Assembly (NCBI GenBank): GCA_051867715.1
Contig: JBJDYY010000210.1
Location: forward strand, 1-37,169
Length of the DNA: 37,169 nt
Source: Candidatus Avispirillum sp.
Lineage (GTDB): Bacteria > Bacillota > Clostridia > Oscillospirales > CAG-272
Direction: 5' to 3'
Part shown: positions 26,231 through 32,310 of the stretch, piece after piece
How positions within the stretch are numbered: the stretch's first letter is position 1
Layout of the letters: every line of letters starts with the position of its first letter
Position numbers and translations under genes: made by a program
Notes under the pieces: generated by a model
Databases searched by the model: none
Seen by the model: the letters and a program-made list of their open reading frames with translations, nothing else
What the model was told of the DNA's origin: nothing

Positions 26231-27202
26231 ATGAAAACACGTAGTATTGTCCTGCTTATAGTTGCAGGCGCGCTGATACTTGTGGGAGCCGCCGTGGCGC
26301 TGGGCGCCGTGCTCTCCATGAATTTTGACTTTAAGGAGATCAATACCATGACATTTACGGAAAAAACCTATAATATAGACGAAGCCTTTGACAGCATATC
26401 CGTTGACGGCGTCGAATGCGATGTGCTCATTATCCCTTCGACAGACTCCGAATGCAAGGTCGTATGCAACGAAAGCGATAAGATCACTCACACAGTCGAA
26501 GTTGAGGACGGCACGCTGACGGTAAAGAGACACGATGAGCGCAAATGGTATCAGCGCATGGGCATATACTGGGGTAAAATGGTAATCAAGGTATATCTGC
26601 CGGAGGGAGATTACGTTTCTCTTGATATTACGACCCTCAGCGGAAATGTGGAAGTGCCGGAAGGCTACTCTTTCGATGAAGCCGAGATATATAATACAAG
26701 CGGAAATGTTTCCTTTTTCGCCGCAGTCAAGGGTACGCTGTCCGTAAAGACAGTCAGCGGAGAGCAAAAAATCAAAAATGCCGCCCCCGAAAAGCTCATC
26801 CTGAAATCCACCAGCGGAGATATAGAAGTATCCTCTGCAAACTTTGCATCGGACATAAAGCTTGAGACTGTCAGCGGCAGTATTGAAATCGAAGATGCGG
26901 ACTGCCGCAGCGTCACCGCCGCAAGCACAAGCGGAGAAATAACTTTTGAGAGAGTCACGGCAAAAGCGGATATAGACATAAAATCCACCAGCAGCGAGGT
27001 GGAGCTTAAACGCTCCGACGCGGCGTCTCTTAAAATCGTCACCGTCAGCGGCGATGTGTCCGGCACACTGCTTACGGAGAAAACATTTATAACGGACACC
27101 GTCAGCGGCGATGTAAATGTGCCCCGCACGGCTTCGCAGAATATATGCGAAATCAAAACCACCAGCGGCAGTATAGATTTTGAAATAATCTCCAACGAAT
27201 GA
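26231..27202 (+). CDS. DUF4097-family beta-strand repeat protein (LiaG/YvlB-like putative adhesin fold), N-terminally anchored
   Basis: 323 aa. One N-terminal TM helix, then at least 8 iterations of the motif [TS]xSG[DENS][IV] (TLSGNVEV, NTSGNVSF, TVSGEQKI, STSGDIEV, TVSGSIEI, STSGEITF, TVSGDVSG, TVSGDVNV, TTSGSIDF). Confidence 0.75.
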   Translation: MKTRSIVLLIVAGALILVGAAVALGAVLSMNFDFKEINTMTFTEKTYNIDEAFDSISVDGVECDVLIIPSTDSECKVVCNESDKITHTVEVEDGTLTVKRHDERKWYQRMGIYWGKMVIKVYLPEGDYVSLDITTLSGNVEVPEGYSFDEAEIYNTSGNVSFFAAVKGTLSVKTVSGEQKIKNAAPEKLILKSTSGDIEVSSANFASDIKLETVSGSIEIEDADCRSVTAASTSGEITFERVTAKADIDIKSTSSEVELKRSDAASLKIVTVSGDVSGTLLTEKTFITDTVSGDVNVPRTASQNICEIKTTSGSIDFEIISNE

Positions 27203-27535
27203 ATACTATTGCAGTCAAAACCACCGGTTATTCCGGTGGCATGCTTGAGGTTGAAAGCCGTTGCCTGGGTGGGGCTTTTAGCCCACCGATACTTCCGGCA
27301 TTTGCAAGTTCGCCCCACAGCCGCAAAGCGGCGGGATACTCTGCCTCCCTTGTGCAAAGGGAGGTGGCACGGCGTACGCCGTGACGGAGGGATTGTCACA
27401 CTGTGATTTCAAAACAATCCCTCAGTCGCCTTCGGCGACAGCTCCCCTTACACAGGGGAGCCTCCGCTGCGCTGTGACTAAACATCGGCAAAAGCCTCTT
27501 TTGAACACCTCGTTAGCAGGTGGTTTTCAGGGTAC
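27203..27535. repeat. Non-coding array of tandem perfect hairpins (candidate REP/BIME-like element or structured RNA)
   Basis: Hairpins at 27221-27239 (7 bp), 27268-27287 (6 bp), 27344-27364 (8 bp), 27368-27383 (6-7 bp), 27387-27423 (10 bp), 27425-27439 (5-6 bp, UUCG-type loop) and 27441-27461 (7 bp). The short ORFs here lack SD sequences. Confidence 0.5.
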
Positions 27536-27537
27536 CA

Positions 27538-27576
27538 AAAACAAACCGTCTCTCCTGTGGAGAGACGGTTTGTTTT
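27538..27576. terminator. Bidirectional intrinsic terminator
   Basis: A 17-bp stem AAAACAAACCGTCTCTC-CTGTG-GAGAGACGGTTTGTTTT whose ends are A/T runs. It lies 22 nt downstream of the XRE gene stop. Confidence 0.8.
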
Positions 27577-27598
27577 GTATTGAGTAAAATTTACCGTT

Positions 27599-27916
27599 CT
27601 ATCTGCTCTTTCCCTTGCGAAACGCTTTGCCCTGTTCAAGATATATTCTCTGCTGTTCAGGGGTAAGGGAGCGGTAAATGTGCAGTAGTTCATCTTCGGC
27701 GTGAGTTTCGGTCTTGTCGGTATGAAGATTCAGAAGATAGTCCGTAGAAACATTAAAATACCGCGCCAGCGCTTTAAGAGTCGCGAAATCCGGCTCGCGC
27801 AGACCCCGTACATAGTTTCCGATTGTGGTAACGCCTATATTCAAATCCTCCGCAAGCTGCTTCTGCGTTATATTTTTACCCTCAAGCAGCTCTCTCAAAA
27901 CATCTCCGAAACCCAT
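27599..27916 (-). CDS. XRE-family helix-turn-helix transcriptional regulator
   Basis: 105 aa from ATG 27916, with AGAGGTGA upstream. The HTH segment is ITQKQLAEDLNIGVTTIGNYVRGLREPDFATLKALARYFNVSTDYLL. Confidence 0.85.
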   Translation of the reverse strand: MGFGDVLRELLEGKNITQKQLAEDLNIGVTTIGNYVRGLREPDFATLKALARYFNVSTDYLLNLHTDKTETHAEDELLHIYRSLTPEQQRIYLEQGKAFRKGKSR

Positions 27917-27940
27917 TTCATCACCTCTTTGTATCATTGT

Positions 27941-27968
27941 AATATATAGTGTCCGAAACGAATGTAAA
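27941..27968 (-). promoter_or_regulatory. Sigma-70-type promoter of the XRE gene
   Basis: On the - strand: TTTACA (27968-27963), a 16-nt spacer, TATATT (27946-27941). Confidence 0.45.
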
Positions 27969-27982
27969 ATACACGAAATGTA

Positions 27983-28011
27983 TTGACAAACCACGAATTG
28001 TGTGTTTTAAT
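27983..28011 (+). promoter_or_regulatory. Sigma-70-type promoter of the fibre gene
   Basis: TTGACA (27983-27988), a 17-nt spacer ending in TGt, then TTTAAT (28006-28011). The ~30-nt leader carries AGAGGGAG upstream of ATG 28047. Confidence 0.5.
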
Positions 28012-28046
28012 AATAACAATAATACAATATCAAGAGGGAGAAGAAT

Positions 28047-31000
28047 ATGAGCATCAAAAACGATACTTTAACTGAAAAAACAGATGTTAAAAGCGCCGGA
28101 GAAAAGAAAGAAAGCCATATAGGCAAGAAAATTCTATGTGTGATTCTGGCGCTTCTTCTTTGCGTTGGAATTTCATTCCTCGTTGCAAATATTGTGCACA
28201 GAAACTCAAAGGGAGACCAGACAAATATTGAAAACGGTCTGTCCGCATATGAGCTGGCGGTCAAGAACGGTTTTGACGGCAGCGTGCAGGAATGGCTCTC
28301 GTCTCTTGACGGCAAATCGGCATACGACATTGCCAAAGAAGGCGGATACACGGGCACGGAGGACGAATGGGCGGCGGCACTTGCAGATATGGCAAGCCGC
28401 GATACCGCCTCTGTTAAATCAGCGTCTTTTTCAGAAAAGGGAGAGCTTCTTATTACCCTTTCCGACGGAACAGTGCTTAATCTCGGCAAAGCAGTGGGAA
28501 CGGACGGCAAAGACGGGACAAACGGTATAAACGGTATAAACGGCACAAACGGCGTTGACGGCAAAGACGGTGTAAACGGTCAGGACGGAAAAGACGGACT
28601 GAACGGGGAAGACGGCAAGGACGGCGAAAACGGTCAGGACGGTGTAGGCATTACCGCGGCACAAATCAACGCCGACGGTCAGCTTGTAATAACGCTGTCG
28701 GACGAAAGCGTAATAAACCTTGACAAGGTTGTCGGCATGAACGGCAGCGACGGTATAAGCGTTACCGGCTCGGAGATAAACTCCGACGGAGAGCTTGTGC
28801 TGACCTTTTCAAACGGACAGCGCTCTAATCTCGGTAATGTCATCGGCGCCGACGGTAAGGACGGTCAGAACGGAGCCGACGGCAAGGACGGTATTGACGG
28901 ACAAAACGGCAAAGACGGCATAAGCATTACCGCTTCCCGTGTTAATGCCATGGGTGAGCTTGTACTCACACATTCCGACGGCACCGACGCAAATCTCGGT
29001 GTTATAGTGGGCGCAAAGGGCGCAGACGGAGAAAACGGAGAGGACGGAGCCGACGGTATCGGCGTTACGGGCGCAGAGATAAACTCCGACGGCGAGCTTG
29101 TGCTGACTTTTTCAAACGGACAGCGTTCAAATCTGGGTAATGTTATGGGCGCCGCCGGCAAGGACGGCAAAGACGGAGCAAACGGTCTGAACGGTTCCGA
29201 CGGCAAGGACGGCAAGGACGGCAAGGACGGAGCCGACGGTATAAGCATAGTAAAAACTGAAGTAAGCTCCGACGGCGAACTGATAATCACATCTTCCGAC
29301 AACACCGTGTCAAATCTCGGACGGGTTATCGGCGCAGACGGCGCTGACGGCGCTGACGGTAAAGACGGTAAAGACGGGGCGAACGGTACCGACGGTAAAG
29401 ACGGTGCCGACGGAATCGGTATTAGGAATATCCTTATAAATACAAACGGAGAGCTTGAAATCACTCTCACAAGCGGCACCGTCATGGAGCTTGGAAAAAT
29501 TGTGGGAGCAGACGGCAGGGACGGAATTGACGGACAAAACGGCAAAGACGGACAGGACGGTATAGATGGACAGGACGGTGCCGACGGTACAGGCGTTTCC
29601 GGAACATCCATAAATGCTCTGGGTGAGCTTATTATATCATATTCCGACGGAACAAGCGTAAATCTCGGCTGTGTTGTGGGTGCCGACGGCAAAAACGGTG
29701 TCGACGGTAAAGACGGCGCGAACGGCGTAGATGGACAAGACGGAAAAGACGGTGCTGACGGTATAAACGGCACCGACGGTCAGGACGGCGTAGGCGTTGC
29801 TTCCTCCGAAATAAACGCAGACGGCGAGCTGGTCATTACATACACAGACGGCACCTCCGCAAACCTCGGAGTTATTGTTGGCACTAACGGCAAAGACGGT
29901 GCCGACGGTAAGGACGGAACAAACGGGCAGGACGGCAAGGACGGTCAGGACGGAAAGGACGGTGCCGACGGCATCGGCATTTCCGATGTAAATATCAACA
30001 CCGACGGAGAATTGGTGCTTACCTTCTCCGACGCTTCGAGCATTAACCTCGGCTGTATCGTAGGCAAAGACGGTCAGAACGGTACTGACGGAAAAGACGG
30101 AGCCGACGGACAAAACGGCAAAGACGGTGTCAACGGCACGGACGGAAAGGACGGAGCCGACGGCGTAGGTATTGCAAATGTGTCCGTGTCTGATGACGGG
30201 ATACTGACCGTAACGCTTACAAGCGGCGCGACCCTTAATCTCGGCAATATCAAGGGTGCCGACGGCATAGGCATTTCAAAGTCTGAGATAAACGCTGACG
30301 GAGAACTGATACTCACCTACACAAACGGCAGCAGTACGAATCTGGGCGTTGTTGTGGGAGCAAACGGCAAAAACGGGGCTGACGGCAAAGACGGAATCGG
30401 CATCAGCAATGTCACGGTTTCCGCAGAGGGAGCTTTGACCGTAACGCTTTCAAACGGCGCTACCCTGAATCTCGGCAATATCAAGGGTGCCGACGGCATA
30501 GGTATTTCAAAATCGGAAATAAACGCTGACGGAGAGCTGATACTCACCTATACAAGCGGCGAAAGCGCGAATATAGGAAGCGTTGCGGGCGCAAAGGGCG
30601 CCGACGGCAAAGACGGCGTCGGTATCAAATCCGTTACCCTCTCCTCTGCGGGCGACCTCAGCATACTTATGACTGACAACACCGTTTACAGTCTCGGCAA
30701 CATAAAAGGCGAGAAAGGCGATAAGGGAGACACCGGCGCACAGGGTGAAAAAGGCGAAAAAGGCGATCCCGGCGCAGACGGCAGAGGAATTGCCAATATG
30801 GAGATTATTGACGGTGAGCTCGTTGTCACATATACAGACGGAACAACTCAGAATCTTGGCAGTTTGAACAGTGATGACAGTTCAATATTTGAGTTTATTC
30901 TAAATACGGAAAGTGATACATACAGCGTAAAACTAAAAAATGAATATACAAAGAACATTGATGAAGTTGTAATACCCGAAGAATATAGGGGAAAAGCTGT

Positions 31001-31706
31001 CTCAGCTATTTTGGGTGAAGGCTTTAAAGATGCTTCCAATTTAACAAAAATAACAATCGGCAATAACATAAAAACCATTAACGGAGATGCTTTTAACGGC
31101 TGCACTAACTTAACTCAGGTCTATTATCAAGGAAATCTGTCCGAGTGGTGCCGGATTGCTTTCAAAACAAATATGTATGCTAATCCTTGCTGCAACGGAG
31201 CAAGTCTTTATATCGGGAACGAGCTTCTGACTACTGCCGTAATTCCTTCCGACATAACCGAAATCAACTTCGCAGCATTCTGCGGCTGTACAAGTCTGAC
31301 GGAAGTTGACTTCAGCAGTTGCAATGTTACAACGATCAACAAAAATGCTTTTCGGAGTTGCTCGGCATTGGAAACAGTTATTTTCCCTGACACTATTTCA
31401 AAGATTGGCGCATATGCATTCTACAAATGCCCTTTGGAGACAGCTACATTGGATACTACCCATAGTTGGTCTCTTACCGACAGCAGCGGAACTGTTGTAT
31501 ATTCTTTCCCGTTTTTATACCAAACGAAACGAGTCGATTTATATGGAGATATCTCATATAAAGATGCAACCTATTCAAAAGCCGCAGAAGCACTATCTAA
31601 AGATGCAACTTTATATGCAGGGTATCACTATTCATCATCGCGGGACATAGTTTATGATTACTCAACATATTCATTTTATAAATACAACTGGACATATGGA
31701 GGTTAA
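28047..31706 (+). CDS. Membrane-anchored collagen-like repeat fibre protein with C-terminal BspA-type leucine-rich repeat domain
   Basis: 1219 aa. K-rich N-terminus plus a single TM helix (ILCVILALLLCVGISFLVANIV). Two SAY[ED][LI]A..G[FY].G...EW motifs follow. Then 15 G-X-Y blocks (about 110 triplets by hand count, Y almost always D or N, only one Pro) alternate with 16 modules of ~30 aa (consensus IxxxxINxDGELVLTxSDGxxxNLGxVxG). The C-terminal ~330 aa carries LRR_5-like repeats (I.I...V..I...AF..C..L). Confidence 0.85.
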   Translation: MSIKNDTLTEKTDVKSAGEKKESHIGKKILCVILALLLCVGISFLVANIVHRNSKGDQTNIENGLSAYELAVKNGFDGSVQEWLSSLDGKSAYDIAKEGGYTGTEDEWAAALADMASRDTASVKSASFSEKGELLITLSDGTVLNLGKAVGTDGKDGTNGINGINGTNGVDGKDGVNGQDGKDGLNGEDGKDGENGQDGVGITAAQINADGQLVITLSDESVINLDKVVGMNGSDGISVTGSEINSDGELVLTFSNGQRSNLGNVIGADGKDGQNGADGKDGIDGQNGKDGISITASRVNAMGELVLTHSDGTDANLGVIVGAKGADGENGEDGADGIGVTGAEINSDGELVLTFSNGQRSNLGNVMGAAGKDGKDGANGLNGSDGKDGKDGKDGADGISIVKTEVSSDGELIITSSDNTVSNLGRVIGADGADGADGKDGKDGANGTDGKDGADGIGIRNILINTNGELEITLTSGTVMELGKIVGADGRDGIDGQNGKDGQDGIDGQDGADGTGVSGTSINALGELIISYSDGTSVNLGCVVGADGKNGVDGKDGANGVDGQDGKDGADGINGTDGQDGVGVASSEINADGELVITYTDGTSANLGVIVGTNGKDGADGKDGTNGQDGKDGQDGKDGADGIGISDVNINTDGELVLTFSDASSINLGCIVGKDGQNGTDGKDGADGQNGKDGVNGTDGKDGADGVGIANVSVSDDGILTVTLTSGATLNLGNIKGADGIGISKSEINADGELILTYTNGSSTNLGVVVGANGKNGADGKDGIGISNVTVSAEGALTVTLSNGATLNLGNIKGADGIGISKSEINADGELILTYTSGESANIGSVAGAKGADGKDGVGIKSVTLSSAGDLSILMTDNTVYSLGNIKGEKGDKGDTGAQGEKGEKGDPGADGRGIANMEIIDGELVVTYTDGTTQNLGSLNSDDSSIFEFILNTESDTYSVKLKNEYTKNIDEVVIPEEYRGKAVSAILGEGFKDASNLTKITIGNNIKTINGDAFNGCTNLTQVYYQGNLSEWCRIAFKTNMYANPCCNGASLYIGNELLTTAVIPSDITEINFAAFCGCTSLTEVDFSSCNVTTINKNAFRSCSALETVIFPDTISKIGAYAFYKCPLETATLDTTHSWSLTDSSGTVVYSFPFLYQTKRVDLYGDISYKDATYSKAAEALSKDATLYAGYHYSSSRDIVYDYSTYSFYKYNWTYGG
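28773..29153 (+). repeat. In-frame long direct repeat pair A inside the fibre gene
   Basis: The 78-nt copies at 28773-28850 and 29076-29153 are identical at 71/78 positions by hand alignment. Their offset is 303 nt (101 codons). Both encode EINSDGELVLTFSNGQRSNLGNV[IM]GA. Confidence 0.85.
29199..29230 (+). repeat. Perfect 9-nt tandem repeat (GACGGCAAG x3 plus a partial unit) inside the fibre gene
   Basis: Read directly from the sequence; it encodes DGKDGKDGKDG. Similar 2x 9-mers (GACGGCGCT, GACGGTAAA) occur at about 29337-29375. Confidence 0.85.
30206..30560 (+). repeat. In-frame long direct repeat pair B inside the fibre gene
   Basis: The 124-nt copies at 30206-30329 and 30437-30560 are identical at 113/124 positions by hand alignment, including a 35-nt identical core. 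Their offset is 231 nt (77 codons). Confidence 0.85.
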
Positions 31707-31709
31707 AAA

Positions 31710-31949
31710 ATGCCATTACGGAAAATAGTATTTGCAGAATTCCGCAGAAACAAAATGAGAGCCGGACAAATATGGATGTCCCAACAGTATATGTCGTTTA
31801 GAAATAAAATAAATGTTAACCAATACCAAGACTTTTATATAACAATAGATAATTTATGCCATGAAAACATAATCAAGATAGTTCCAAATGGAGACATCGT
31901 ATATTATCGTTTAACTGAAAAGGGAGAAACAGTGGTATACAATTCATAA
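31710..31949 (+). CDS. Small hypothetical protein, winged-helix-like C-terminus (79 aa)
   Basis: The ATG lies 4 nt after the fibre stop, with GGAGG 7 nt upstream inside the fibre gene's end. The segment IDNLCHENIIKIVPNGDIVYYRLTEKGETVV resembles the recognition-helix/wing pattern (Y.LT.KG) of PadR/MarR-type wHTH proteins. Codon usage is AT-rich like the LRR segment. Confidence 0.45.
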   Translation: MPLRKIVFAEFRRNKMRAGQIWMSQQYMSFRNKINVNQYQDFYITIDNLCHENIIKIVPNGDIVYYRLTEKGETVVYNS

Positions 31950-32139
31950 TTCATAAAAAGATCAAAGTATTACACTCCTTAGAATGGGTTTTGTATACTA
32001 TCATATAATTCTTATAATTATAACATCTCTACCGTTTTTAGGATATTGATAAAACAGCCGATTTTTGCTAATAATTGAAAAAACTGAAAAATTCTTTGAA
32101 GAATCGCTTGAACGCACATTTGAGTAATATCTCCGACAT

Positions 32140-32173
32140 TCCCCCGCAAGGCTTATCCTTACGGGGGATTTTT
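32140..32173 (+). terminator. Intrinsic terminator closing the fibre locus
   Basis: TCCCCCG-(CAAGG-CTTAT-CCTTA)-CGGGGGA followed by TTTTT. It lies ~190 nt after the small ORF. Confidence 0.7.
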
Positions 32174-32236
32174 GCTTCCTCAGCTTATTTCTAAACCAAT
32201 TTAATATAAATTGTTTCCTAAATTTTAACATTTATA

Positions 32237-32292
32237 TTGACATCTTGAGTCGGAATGTGATATACTTTTTGCGACACATATGTCGCAAAAAG
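32237..32292 (+). promoter_or_regulatory. Promoter of the MFS-TetR operon with a 12-4-12 palindrome (candidate TetR operator)
   Basis: TTGACA (32237-32242), an 18-nt spacer, TATACT (32261-32266). CTTTTTGCGACA-CATA-TGTCGCAAAAAG (32265-32292) has perfect 12-nt arms and starts inside the -10. Confidence 0.55.
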
Positions 32293-32310
32293 TGAAAGGA
32301 AATGTATTTT

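Noticed and set aside
27203-27345. tRNA-like or other classical RNA gene in the hairpin-rich spacer, and the short ORFs 27199-27384, 27209-27406 and 27381-27587
   Set aside because: I could not fit a cloverleaf: there is no GTTCRANYC T-loop and the candidate anticodon loop is 8 nt. I saw no RNase P, SRP, tmRNA or 6S signature motifs. The ORFs lack SD sequences and run through consecutive palindromes.
27917-28046. Invertible promoter (inverton) controlling the fibre gene
   Set aside because: Only a 6-7-nt inverted match (TGTATT/AATACA) flanks the promoter, and no recombinase gene is nearby.
28865-29773. 302-aa - strand ORF (PSAPS-rich) and other antisense ORFs inside the fibre gene
   Set aside because: The antisense reading of GAC-GGC-AAR-type G-X-Y codons is automatically stop-free. 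The sense frame carries the TM anchor, SD and C-terminal LRR domain.
28500-30800. Periodic repeats that might be mistaken for a CRISPR array or satellite
   Set aside because: The periodicity is variable (231 and 303 nt for the best pairs). All copies lie in one long ORF and translate to G-X-Y and module repeats. There is no repeat-spacer structure and no cas genes.
28047-31949. Prophage tail-fibre remnant or diversity-generating retroelement target
   Set aside because: Despite the phage-like SAYE..GF.G..EWL motifs, the window has no other phage genes, reverse transcriptase or template repeat. The protein also carries its own N-terminal membrane anchor. The phage link is kept only as an ancestry hypothesis.
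32001-32231. 76-aa - strand ORF in the AT-rich spacer
   Set aside because: It has no SD, encodes a highly basic low-complexity peptide, runs antisense through the terminator hairpin, and overlaps the -35 region of the MFS promoter.
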